Virus record (IMG/VR): IMGVR_UViG_3300046779_000230 | Coordinates: 23,562-87,561 of that record | Strand: one strand, 5' to 3' | Source: a virus | Lineage: Duplodnaviria > Heunggongvirae > Uroviricota > Caudoviricetes | Length of the DNA stretch: 64,000 nt | Shown here: positions 1-8,755 of the stretch, piece after piece | How positions within the stretch are numbered: the first letter of the stretch is position 1 | Layout of the letters: each line of letters starts with the position of its first letter | The notes under the pieces: generated by a model | The model's database searches: none | The model's input: the letters and a program-made list of their open reading frames with translations, nothing else | What the model was told of the DNA's origin: nothing | Position numbers and translations under genes: made by a program

Positions 1-1585
1 CAGTACCAAAGTCTTCTTCTTCATTACGCAGAGCACGACCAATAGCTTTATTGTGTGCTTGTGCAGTTTTGTGCTCTGGTTCAGCGTCTGGAACTGGGTT
101 CTTTAGCTTGTACTTTGCACCACGAGAAGCATCCATCATCTTACGCTTGATAGCGTTTTCTTTGTTACGTTCTTCGATCTGCTGAACTTCTTCTTTTAGA
201 TCGCTGTGTTTGATAGTAGTCTTTGGACCATCATTGGCAGAGTGTAAGTGAACATTATCACCATCACGCTTGGCAGTCCAGTGGCGACCAGTCTCGTCTT
301 TGAACTTGTGTTCTTGTTGATCCTTCAACGCATGAATCGCTTGGTGGTGTTCTGGGTGTAACGGAATAGAGAAAGAAGAACCGTGATGTACAGTCTTCAT
401 AGTACCCCAAGAATACTTTTTAGTTTCTACTGTTGCTTCAGTGATTTCTTGCTCTTCTTTACGCAACAATTTAAAATCATGCTTGTCTAGTTTGCCGTTC
501 TTATTCTTGTCCAACTTGTGTTGGTCGCCTTTAAGTTCTTCTTTGGCAAGTTTAGTTGCAGTTGCATACATAACAGACTTGGCATCAGCACCGTATCTGT
601 CTTTAAATGAGCTAAGATTTTTCTTCATACCTTTTACGATGTCCTCTCGTTTTTTCATTTGTTCATCAGACATCTCTTCTTTAACATTAGTTGGGTGTCC
701 GTTAATTGGCTTTTTAGTAGCCTTGTATGCTTTGTGTTCTGGAGTACCTTTGATGTACTTACGATCTAGAGTTGGAGCAACTGGAGCATGCTGCTCTGTT
801 GCATATTCTTCGCGGTGAACAGTTGCACCTTTGATCTTACGTGCAACATTAGTAGCATGAGATTGAGAACCAAAAGTCTTCCACTTTTTACCGTTGATGT
901 GAACGGCATGTGGGTGATCAGCTTGCTTGGCAGGTTTGTGGTCATCCCAACCTTCATCGTTGGCACCACCATCAAGATGATATGCAAGAGATTGACGCTT
1001 GCCCATACCACTAACGCTAGACTTGTAGTCGCGAGTATATGCATCATCACGACGACCATACGCTTCTTCTACAGCTTCTTCTTTAACAGGTTTACGCCAT
1101 TCTTTATTACCATGGTAACGATCAAGATGTTTCGCAAGAGATTCTTTATCGCTGGCAGAAGCCTTTTTATGGTAGTATGCTTTCTTTGCAGAATCTGCGC
1201 TATACATTCTTGGGTTGCTTGCGATTTCACTTGGATCAAATGATTCATCAAGATCTAATTCTTCTGATACACCACGATAATGATTAAGAGCATCAGTGTG
1301 GTTATTCATTTTAGATGCCTCAAGCGCACGTTTGTTCATTTTTCGCGCATAATCTTTTTGTGCTTGTGTAGAATCTTTAGATGAAAGATCTTTTAAATGT
1401 TTAACAGCAAGGCGTTTATATGTAGTAGCCACGTCTAAGATTTCTTCTTTGACTTCTTCTTTCTTGTCAGCGTCGAACACAATGTGACGTGCTTTATATT
1501 TCTTACCAGAAGCAGAAACCTTGTAGTCTGCAGACTCGACTTCGCCTTCTTGTATTTGTTGTACGATTTCTTTAAATGTTTTCAT
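1..1585 (-). CDS. hypothetical Lys/Glu/His-rich protein; N-terminus in the window, C-terminus beyond the left edge (at least 528 aa); contains an EF-hand-like loop DKNKNGKLDKHD
   Basis: This ORF is absent from the supplied track because it has no stop inside the window. I checked every in-frame triplet from the ATG at 1585-1583 (MKTFKEIVQQIQEGEV...) down to position 2 and found no stop codon. The ATG lies 1 nt after the stop of the upstream gene (1587-1589). Only short antisense ORFs otherwise cover 1-1586. Confidence 0.7.
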   Translation of the reverse strand, partial: MKTFKEIVQQIQEGEVESADYKVSASGKKYKARHIVFDADKKEEVKEEILDVATTYKRLAVKHLKDLSSKDSTQAQKDYARKMNKRALEASKMNNHTDALNHYRGVSEELDLDESFDPSEIASNPRMYSADSAKKAYYHKKASASDKESLAKHLDRYHGNKEWRKPVKEEAVEEAYGRRDDAYTRDYKSSVSGMGKRQSLAYHLDGGANDEGWDDHKPAKQADHPHAVHINGKKWKTFGSQSHATNVARKIKGATVHREEYATEQHAPVAPTLDRKYIKGTPEHKAYKATKKPINGHPTNVKEEMSDEQMKKREDIVKGMKKNLSSFKDRYGADAKSVMYATATKLAKEELKGDQHKLDKNKNGKLDKHDFKLLRKEEQEITEATVETKKYSWGTMKTVHHGSSFSIPLHPEHHQAIHALKDQQEHKFKDETGRHWTAKRDGDNVHLHSANDGPKTTIKHSDLKEEVQQIEERNKENAIKRKMMDASRGAKYKLKNPVPDAEPEHKTAQAHNKAIGRALRNEEEDFGT

Positions 1586-1586
1586 T

Positions 1587-2027
1587 TTAATCCTTTAAAC
1601 TAGAGCGAAGCATCCACTTGTGTTTTTTATGTGAATCTAATCTGGCTGCAGCATAATCTGCTATACTATGCTCATTCGCTGCTGTTGCTGTGGTGAATAA
1701 TTTATTTAGGTTATTAAGCACTTCTTCATTTGCAAGAGACAGCTTCAATAACATAGTAGAAACCGATTGTGGTTCCTCGTCATCTTCTGGTATAGACTTG
1801 TATGCATACATCTCAGAAATACTACGTGGAGCATACTCATCTAAGATTCTTAGGTATTCTGCTGTCTTGTCGATAGAGCCATAGACATCAGAGTATATCT
1901 CGGCAAAGAAATCATGGTACTGTGAAAAGTTAATACCCTCAACATTCCAGTGATAAGAGTGTGCTTTAAAGTACATGACAAACTGATTTGCCAGTAGTGT
2001 TTTTAGCGCTAATTTCAATTCGTCCAT
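1587..2027 (-). CDS. Dps-family ferritin-like protein
   Basis: The 146-aa product has YFKAHSYHWNVEGINFSQYHDFFAEIY, which matches the Dps ferroxidase helix pattern (HW.V.G..F..H..F.E.Y). Its size is typical of a four-helix bundle. Confidence 0.75.
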   Translation of the reverse strand: MDELKLALKTLLANQFVMYFKAHSYHWNVEGINFSQYHDFFAEIYSDVYGSIDKTAEYLRILDEYAPRSISEMYAYKSIPEDDEEPQSVSTMLLKLSLANEEVLNNLNKLFTTATAANEHSIADYAAARLDSHKKHKWMLRSSLKD

Positions 2028-2028
2028 A

Positions 2029-2514
2029 TTAACTTCCTACAGCGTTGACATTATCGTAAACAGAGAACTCTGGAGTTTCAACTTTAGACTTCCAGCCCAT
2101 TTTACGCAACTTCAAAATACAATGACCTGGACCATCAAAGATCAATCTAAAGTCTTTATCAGCATAAATTCTATCTGCAAACGCATTGTGGTCAAAATCA
2201 TAATATCCAGCATTAATTAGATAATAATGATTGTGCATTAAACCAGTACCGCCGTTAACGATACGAGTAACATCAAGTTGTTTATCTTTTTTAAGACCCC
2301 ACCATATTCCAGTAATATAAACGTGAGATCCAGTATACTGAGCAAAGTGTCCGTCTGTTTCTGGAGAATCTCCAGCACCTGCTACATATACTTGTGTTGG
2401 TGTTGTTAGTACAGTACTTAGGCTAAGATCAACTGTTTGTCCAGCGGCTTCAGTTGTGTAGATTTTAAGTACAGCTTCGGTTTCTGTGTTTTTAAGAATG
2501 TGTATATTGGCCAT
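2029..2514 (-). CDS. hypothetical protein; paralog of the head-module ORF 48739-49170
   Basis: Both proteins share an N-terminus (ILK.TETEAV.K), an ITG..WG motif and a C-terminus (LKLRK..G...KVE..EF..YDN...VGS). I moved the start to the ATG at 2514-2512, which gives a TAATG overlap with the upstream stop. The track starts this ORF at 2526. Confidence 0.55.
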   Translation of the reverse strand: MANIHILKNTETEAVLKIYTTEAAGQTVDLSLSTVLTTPTQVYVAGAGDSPETDGHFAQYTGSHVYITGIWWGLKKDKQLDVTRIVNGGTGLMHNHYYLINAGYYDFDHNAFADRIYADKDFRLIFDGPGHCILKLRKMGWKSKVETPEFSVYDNVNAVGS

Positions 2515-3125
2515 TAGCAGTTCCACTTTCTAAGCGCCAAGGCTTTACGAGTTGGGCGACCCTTTTCGTCTTTCATTGGACCTTCCATACCGCCCATGCG
2601 AGCACAGAAAGACTTGCGACGTTTTGCAGCTTTGCTGTCTGGGTTTAATTTAGAAGGTGGAGTTGTGACTGGAGCTTTTAGGTTCGCACCTTTGGCATTG
2701 TAAGCGTCACGACCCTTTTGAGTCAGACCACCAGTAGAACTCTTATGTCCTTTTGCATCAACTGCATACTCCAGCAATTCTTGATCAGAAACTTCTTCTA
2801 GAGTTTCCCAGATTGATTCTACTTCTAGATTATGTTCTTGTGCTAGTTCTTCAACAGCTTGCTCGATCAAATCAAACTGAGCTTCAACAGATTCTGCCGA
2901 TGCTTTAAACGCTGCTGCAGTTGGAGCACCTTTGCTTCCTGGCTTACGCATCTTTTCACCAGAACCATTTTTGATTCTTTCACGTTTAGCGTGGATGTTA
3001 TCCCACAAGCCATTCTTACCTTCTTTGATACATGAACCTTCAGCGCATGGAGCAGTTCCAGGTTTACGCTTGTATCCTTTCCAGCAATCACATTTTTCTT
3101 CTAGGAATTGATTGAAACTTAGCAT
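2514..3125 (-). CDS. hypothetical protein with a Cys knuckle (CDCWKGYKRKPGTAPCAEGSC) and a basic C-terminus (SFCARMGG...ALRKWNC)
   Basis: The 203-aa ORF abuts its neighbours on both sides. No function was recognised. Confidence 0.5.
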   Translation of the reverse strand: MLSFNQFLEEKCDCWKGYKRKPGTAPCAEGSCIKEGKNGLWDNIHAKRERIKNGSGEKMRKPGSKGAPTAAAFKASAESVEAQFDLIEQAVEELAQEHNLEVESIWETLEEVSDQELLEYAVDAKGHKSSTGGLTQKGRDAYNAKGANLKAPVTTPPSKLNPDSKAAKRRKSFCARMGGMEGPMKDEKGRPTRKALALRKWNC

Positions 3126-3126
3126 A

Positions 3127-5475
3127 TTAGTTAGCCTTTGTGAATGTGTCGTGAGACAATCTTGATTTTTCTAGTTGGCGAATTCTTGGAACAAGTTTCA
3201 TTGCAACTCTGCCAATGATAGCCTTACGGTTCTGTAACATTCGCTCAATGCGTTCTTTTTCACCAACAGAAAGAGAAGACATATCTCTACCACGAAGGAT
3301 ACGCTTCTTCATAGTTTTGATAGCTAATCTGCGAGCACGTTTGTTGATAGTAGAATTATTAGAGTGACGACGTAAGGCTAGCTGTGCTGCACGTTCGCGT
3401 TTAGCTTCAGTCTTGCGCATACGGAATTTAGCTTTCATTCGCTCAATGCGCGAAAGAACTTCTAAGATAGCTTGTTCATTAACAGAAAATTCTAATTCAT
3501 CTCCGCTTTCTGGATCGATAACTGCAAGTTCGTCTTCGTCGTAATCATTGACAATATCATCGTCTGTGATTAGATTCAACAACTCGTCAATCTCATTTTC
3601 TGGAACGTCTTGTTCAGGTTGTCCAGCAGTAGAAATTTCTATCTTTTGATTTTCGTAAGCAGCGTCACAAGATGTTTCTTCCATTAGTTGAGCGTAGTGA
3701 GCCCAGCTGTTTTCTTCTGCTAGTTTAGATCTGTTGAGATTTTCAATTTCTTTCTTGACCTTTAGCGTATCATTACCATATTTTCTATGGTGATTGTGTA
3801 CAGCTGTTAGGTAAGCCAAACGCTTTTTAGCTGCTGTCTTATCAGACAACAGAGAGCCTTTGTCCATTTGTTGGATTTTCTTCCAATCGTCTGTTTGGCT
3901 TTCGCTCATATGTTTGATCTTCATCTTGCGAACAGTATCGCTTTGACCATGAGAAACTGAGTGACCAAGTTTTTTCTTATCAGCTGGAGACATAATATCA
4001 CCTGCTAGATTAGAGTTGCTGCTTGTGTCAACTTTAGCAACAGTGGCTTCTTTTAGTTTATTAGGTTTTAGGGTAGCGTCGTAGTCAATACCAACTTCAG
4101 TAGCCAACACTAACATCTTGTCTAAGATTGCAAGAGCTTCTGCATTCAGCGCTTTGGTTTTAACTTTACGTAGAGCATTGTTGACCAATGACTCTGGATT
4201 AGAAGAAGACTCAGCAGTTTCAATGCCGAGAATAGTAGCGATCATTCTCGCGACTTTAATCTTGTCTGTAGATTTCAAAGTCTTGTCTGTTAGTCCTTCG
4301 TTCATCTCGTCCTTACCTTTTTCTTTGTAATTAGTTAAGAAGCCTTCAATCTCATGGCGGTGCATGTGCCAGTAATCTTCGTGGTGCATAAACTCACCGA
4401 CTCTGTCTAGAGATTCTTTAGCTTTCTCGTGGTAGTTATTCCAGTCTTGTACTTCTTGTTGTGTTAGTTCTTCACCCTTTAAGTGGCGGTCATTGATAGC
4501 CATATAAGCATCAGTGCTCTTGAGAGCATTTAGAACAGCAACAGGATCTTTTTCGCCAGATCTAGCGATTGTGTCTTGGAATGCCTTCGACGCTGACTCT
4601 GCTTGGTCGAAGTTTTTAGTTGTATATCCCTTGAATGTGATTTGCTTTTTAGCATAACCAGTAGAGACATCTTCTTTTATTTGGTTTTCTGAAAGTGTAA
4701 CATCTTGGATCCACTTACGAGAAACATCGCCATTAGAATTGGCAAGGACAAGGTAATTGCTACCTCTGTCTAAAATTTCATAGCGTTGGTTGTTAGACTC
4801 AACAAATTGTCCAATGTGATAGATTTGACCTTTGTGGTATTTTTCTCTTAGAGAATCTACATCGAACTTGACATTTTCTTTTATCGCTTCAAGACCCATA
4901 CCAGAACGAATATCGTTCATTAGTCTCTTGCCATCAATGTCACGCATTGATGAAGGCAGACCAGTCTTGAATGTGGCGTAGTCGCCTTTAGAAGCCAGCG
5001 AACGCATTTTAGTGGCAGACATACCAGAAGCATCATCGGCGTCTGGATCTCGTTCACCAGCAGAAACTACTTGAATTGTATCAAAGTGGAATTCAGATCC
5101 ATTGTACTTGTTCAGCAGTTTCTCGTACTCTGGAATACGGTCACTGCCAGCAACCATAATCAGATTCTTGTACTTTTTGTTTAGTTCTTTTGCAGCTTCG
5201 ATGAATGTTCTAACTTGAGCGTTGGCTGCAACAAAGTGTGTGCGTGGAAACATAAGGTTCAAATAGTGAACCTTTTTATCTACTGGTAATGGATTCTTTT
5301 TAGCGTCTTGAGATTTTGACGCATAGATCGCATGGTCGGCACCACGCTGTGTGGCTAGTTTCTTAACTGCCTTGACTAGAAGTTCGTGTCCTGTAGTTGG
5401 TGGATTAAATCTACCAAAGGCGAACACAACTGATTTTGACGGTAATTCTTTTATTAATTGTCTGTAGTTTTTCAT
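3127..5475 (-). CDS. cytidylyltransferase/NMNAT-like nucleotidyltransferase domain fused to a C-terminal extension of about 580 aa with no recognised function
   Basis: The N-terminus has FGRFNPPTTGHELL (GxFxPxHxGH-type motif) and MSATKMRS (ISxTxxR-type motif), as in archaeal-type NMN adenylyltransferases. The rest is Lys/Glu-rich with a basic tail. A TATAAATA late motif lies 31 nt upstream. Confidence 0.6.
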   Translation of the reverse strand: MKNYRQLIKELPSKSVVFAFGRFNPPTTGHELLVKAVKKLATQRGADHAIYASKSQDAKKNPLPVDKKVHYLNLMFPRTHFVAANAQVRTFIEAAKELNKKYKNLIMVAGSDRIPEYEKLLNKYNGSEFHFDTIQVVSAGERDPDADDASGMSATKMRSLASKGDYATFKTGLPSSMRDIDGKRLMNDIRSGMGLEAIKENVKFDVDSLREKYHKGQIYHIGQFVESNNQRYEILDRGSNYLVLANSNGDVSRKWIQDVTLSENQIKEDVSTGYAKKQITFKGYTTKNFDQAESASKAFQDTIARSGEKDPVAVLNALKSTDAYMAINDRHLKGEELTQQEVQDWNNYHEKAKESLDRVGEFMHHEDYWHMHRHEIEGFLTNYKEKGKDEMNEGLTDKTLKSTDKIKVARMIATILGIETAESSSNPESLVNNALRKVKTKALNAEALAILDKMLVLATEVGIDYDATLKPNKLKEATVAKVDTSSNSNLAGDIMSPADKKKLGHSVSHGQSDTVRKMKIKHMSESQTDDWKKIQQMDKGSLLSDKTAAKKRLAYLTAVHNHHRKYGNDTLKVKKEIENLNRSKLAEENSWAHYAQLMEETSCDAAYENQKIEISTAGQPEQDVPENEIDELLNLITDDDIVNDYDEDELAVIDPESGDELEFSVNEQAILEVLSRIERMKAKFRMRKTEAKRERAAQLALRRHSNNSTINKRARRLAIKTMKKRILRGRDMSSLSVGEKERIERMLQNRKAIIGRVAMKLVPRIRQLEKSRLSHDTFTKAN

Positions 5476-5505
5476 CGTTTTCCATCTATATAAAGTAATT
5501 ATATC

Positions 5506-5513
5506 TATTTATA
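5506..5513 (-). promoter_or_regulatory. T4-type late promoter motif TATAAATA
   Basis: The motif is an exact TATAAATA on the minus strand in the 42-nt gap upstream of the ATG at 5475. A gp55 late sigma gene is present in the window. Confidence 0.55.
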
Positions 5514-5517
5514 ATTC

Positions 5518-6747
5518 TTATCTCTGCCAACCTTTGATAACGTCTGGAGAGAAGTTAGCTTTACTGAATTCTAAACGATCTACAATCTTAACAGCGCCAC
5601 CAGTTAGGTGATCAATGGCAACAAAGCCTTCGACTCCAGTTACCCTAAAGCCACTTGATGTCTTTAAGAATGTGGATATATGACCAGCTTCGTTCATCTT
5701 AGAGATTATTAGCTGCTTGGCATCAGCTATTAAAGTTGACAGTTGGAAGATTTCTGCGATTCTTCTTTGATCATGGTCTGCAAAGAACTTGACGATACGC
5801 TGGCGCTTTTCTTCGGCAGCAGCCTTGCCCTTTTCAGTCTTCTTTGAGTCAATGTCTTTTTGATAGCGAGCATGGATCCAGTCGTATAAACCTTTTACAT
5901 GGGCACGGGTGTCAGTTATTCTTTGACCTGCACGAACTTTGGTGTTGTTGTATGTATTGATCAACATATTCAACTCGTCGTCAGCAGCCATCTTGTTTAA
6001 GGCAACTGTGTCTATAACGCTAAACAACTTACCAGCGTTGGAAAGGATAGCAGTTACCTTGGCAGTTTCTTGCTTGGTGAATGTTGCTGTACCAGAGTAG
6101 TCTTTGTAAGTGGCATCGTCCATCCAGATTGTTGATACTTGATTGAACTTTGAGGCTATGTCTTTACCAAACGCAGCAGTCATAGTTTCAAACGAAGTGC
6201 CAGTGTACGTTGTGTGCCATACCACACCAATCTTTGCAGATCTTATCTTTCTACCCAACTCTGACTCAAAAGGCACAGCGTACAAAATAGTGTTTGGGTG
6301 GAATGTAATATACTTCTCACCGTCAATAGTTTCAACCTTTGTATCATCAGTGAACATCAAGTCACCTTGATAAACACCAGACTTGATACCAAGTTTTGAA
6401 AACTCAGCCAGTGCTACCTTTAATTTAGCAGCTAGATCGCCACTTGTGTCGGCATCAATCTCTGCTGCAGTTTTGTAGACCTTTGGCTCTTTGTTAAAGA
6501 CACCCTTTTTGGCAATAAAGAATTTACCGTCACGTGGATCAATACCAGCAAACACTGCTGGCGCACCGTCCCACTTGACAGTTGCTGTAATCTTAGAAGC
6601 TGAATTACCAGCCAACATGTCTCTTAGGTTTCTAAGAAAGTTAATGGCTTGACGTGTGCCATTAACTCCACCATCGAAGACCAAGTCCTCGATGTGTGTC
6701 ATGTGTGTATTCTTTTGCTCTAGAACAAATGTCTTTAAAGTTTTCAT
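5518..6747 (-). CDS. covalent nucleotidyltransferase (RNA/DNA ligase-like) protein
   Basis: Motif I is TVKWDGAPAV (KxDG), motif IV is GVEGFVAID, and motif V is GAVKIVDRLEFS. The protein is distinct from the canonical ligase at 22008-23291. Confidence 0.55.
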   Translation of the reverse strand: MKTLKTFVLEQKNTHMTHIEDLVFDGGVNGTRQAINFLRNLRDMLAGNSASKITATVKWDGAPAVFAGIDPRDGKFFIAKKGVFNKEPKVYKTAAEIDADTSGDLAAKLKVALAEFSKLGIKSGVYQGDLMFTDDTKVETIDGEKYITFHPNTILYAVPFESELGRKIRSAKIGVVWHTTYTGTSFETMTAAFGKDIASKFNQVSTIWMDDATYKDYSGTATFTKQETAKVTAILSNAGKLFSVIDTVALNKMAADDELNMLINTYNNTKVRAGQRITDTRAHVKGLYDWIHARYQKDIDSKKTEKGKAAAEEKRQRIVKFFADHDQRRIAEIFQLSTLIADAKQLIISKMNEAGHISTFLKTSSGFRVTGVEGFVAIDHLTGGAVKIVDRLEFSKANFSPDVIKGWQR

Positions 6748-6748
6748 A

Positions 6749-7963
6749 TTACTTTAGACCAAATGTACCAACAACGCCTCTGTGTGGTCCAGAAGAACCT
6801 TTCATTGTCATAGTGGCAACACGAGAAATCTTACCAGTTTCTTTGTGAGTGCCACGGATAACAGCAGAGATACCTTGGTGAACAACGTGAAGATTCTCGT
6901 AGTTCTTTAGGTGTTCGCTGGCGATACTGTCTGAAGGTTTAACAACTGCCTTAGAAGAGCCATCGCTTTGCACGTGGCTGTGCGCGACTGTGTGTGGAAT
7001 ATGTGTTGGAGCAGAAACGTGATCTGTTACAAGTTTACGTAACTCTTGATCAGATTTAGTACCGATTGCTTCTGCGAACTTTTTGGCCAGCGCTTGTTTA
7101 CCAACTAGCGCAGACGCCTCAGCTTGAGAAGCACGAGTTGCTGAATGTTGAGCAAAATGCTCTTTGTCTTTTGCTTGGTCGTGAGCGTTAACAAACATCT
7201 CTAGGTGCTTGTGCAAGTTCTTTTCTTTGGCAGATAGTTTTCTGTCTGTGGCAACCAAACCAGTTAAACGAGCATGCTCGGCACGAGCCTTGTCAATACC
7301 CATTTTATCAACTTTCCACTGAGCGTGGCGGTCTTCAGCAGAACCATGATACCCAATAGTTTCCATATTGGCATGGTGGTTTTTCATCAATCCGTTAAGT
7401 GTACCAGATGATAGTCCAGCAGTTTTCTCTAGAGAGTCAAGACCTGGATTGCGATAGTTTGGTTCTTTATTAGTACCGTACTTTGCAGAAACACCATGAT
7501 GACCAACAACCTTGCCATCTTTATGTAGCGTCATAATCAAGTCAGCGTTAGAGTTAACGTCCTTGATGCCAGTAGTCTTTTCGTGGTCGCCAGCTTTTGT
7601 TGCTTTATCTGGGTTTGATGTCCAGTGGACATTACCAACATTAACACCATTACCAAGATGACCTTCTTTGGTCAAGTGCTTTAGCAACGCTTTGGCAGTA
7701 TCTTTTGAGTGGGAATCGATCTCATTATAAGCAGCATCACCAATCTTCTTTTTAAGACGGTCATGTACTTGTTGAGGAGTACCAGCGTGGTCTTCGTTCT
7801 CAGACTCAGAACGGTGGTGTTCTGGTAGAGTGCCAGCTGGATGTAAGTGTTTTGCAAGCAGCAGTTCGTGCAGCTTGCCTTTGTCGTCAGAAGAAACAGA
7901 ACTGCTTAAAGCAGCTTCTTTGAGAACTATTTTTTCTGTTAAGAAATTCTTTAATCGTAGCAT
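6749..7963 (-). CDS. hypothetical His-rich protein
   Basis: I moved the start to the internal ATG (MLRLKNFL...), which follows the RBS AAAAGGA and lies downstream of promoter 7991-8018. The track start at 8011 falls inside that promoter. A weak PD-(D/E)xK-like pattern (NADLIM...VSAKYG) was noted but is not supported further. Confidence 0.5.
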   Translation of the reverse strand: MLRLKNFLTEKIVLKEAALSSSVSSDDKGKLHELLLAKHLHPAGTLPEHHRSESENEDHAGTPQQVHDRLKKKIGDAAYNEIDSHSKDTAKALLKHLTKEGHLGNGVNVGNVHWTSNPDKATKAGDHEKTTGIKDVNSNADLIMTLHKDGKVVGHHGVSAKYGTNKEPNYRNPGLDSLEKTAGLSSGTLNGLMKNHHANMETIGYHGSAEDRHAQWKVDKMGIDKARAEHARLTGLVATDRKLSAKEKNLHKHLEMFVNAHDQAKDKEHFAQHSATRASQAEASALVGKQALAKKFAEAIGTKSDQELRKLVTDHVSAPTHIPHTVAHSHVQSDGSSKAVVKPSDSIASEHLKNYENLHVVHQGISAVIRGTHKETGKISRVATMTMKGSSGPHRGVVGTFGLK

Positions 7964-7990
7964 ATCAATCCTTTTGAATTCAGTGTTGAA

Positions 7991-8018
7991 ATTATACATT
8001 AGATTGTACAAAAGTCAA
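7991..8018 (-). promoter_or_regulatory. sigma70-type early promoter TTGACT-16-TATAAT
   Basis: The minus strand reads TTGACTTTTGTACAATCTAATGTATAAT, ending 27 nt upstream of the ATG at 7963. Confidence 0.55.
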
Positions 8019-8041
8019 CAGATAACTGAATTATTTAGGAC

Positions 8042-8734
8042 TCATGCTAAATTGGTATACTTTCTGTCCCACTTGTAGATCTGCTGATACAGCTTGGGTA
8101 TGGCAGCATTGTTTCTGTGGTCGTAGTTGAAAGTCTTTAGGATGTACTTTAGAGTAGTAGAACCTCTGGTTGTACCAGAAGCCAGTAAGTCTGTTAGAAC
8201 AGCCTTGGGTCTGTTTACCTTAAAGTCCAGATAGACACAGTGGGCGTATGCTTGTATCTCGTCAAACTCTGATAGGTATCTACGTTCGGAATCTATCTTG
8301 TCCTTACCAACACGCTTGTAAGGAACTACATAATCACTACATTCATCGTATCTTCTATCATACTGCATAAAGTGTATGATCTCGTGCATTAGTGTTTGGA
8401 TCAACTTGAACTTAAAACGATCCCAAGTTTCTTGGTTGAATATGAATTCGTTAAAGTGTTTGGTATGAATGTTTAACAGTATCTGTCGTTTTTCTGGATC
8501 GTACTCGCCACTGACAGCAATGTAACTTTTATAGACTTTAGCCTTTGATGGCTCTTTTAAAAAGTCTAGTCTGGTTCTCCACTTTCTAAAATAAAATGAG
8601 AGACCTGCCGCATCGTTTCGATACAGATCAAGGTCTCTCCAAACTTTAGATGGGATTAGTCTAGCCCTAAAAGGTCTTTCCTTGAAGTTCAACAACTTCA
8701 TCCAATCGTAATTAGCTGTTTCTAGGAATTTCAT
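8042..8734 (-). CDS. putative zinc metallopeptidase-like protein (HExxH)
   Basis: The 230-aa product contains TLMHEIIHFMQ. No other motif was recognised. Confidence 0.4.
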   Translation of the reverse strand: MKFLETANYDWMKLLNFKERPFRARLIPSKVWRDLDLYRNDAAGLSFYFRKWRTRLDFLKEPSKAKVYKSYIAVSGEYDPEKRQILLNIHTKHFNEFIFNQETWDRFKFKLIQTLMHEIIHFMQYDRRYDECSDYVVPYKRVGKDKIDSERRYLSEFDEIQAYAHCVYLDFKVNRPKAVLTDLLASGTTRGSTTLKYILKTFNYDHRNNAAIPKLYQQIYKWDRKYTNLA

Positions 8735-8755
8735 AACACCTAGAAAGGTCTTGCA

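Noticed and set aside
441-1243. Plus-strand ORFs 441-818 and 788-1243, together with the other plus-strand ORFs across the window (for example 21985-22320, 36544-36858 and 46177-46536).
   Set aside because: They lie antisense to long minus-strand genes with clear homology or open frames. Their products are low-complexity (Ser/Leu/Phe/Cys-rich) and they lack RBS or promoter context. They are shadow ORFs.
6749-7963. A possible PD-(D/E)xK nuclease motif (NADLIM...VSAKYG) in the His-rich protein.
   Set aside because: A single short pattern without supporting secondary-structure or profile evidence is too weak to support a nuclease call.
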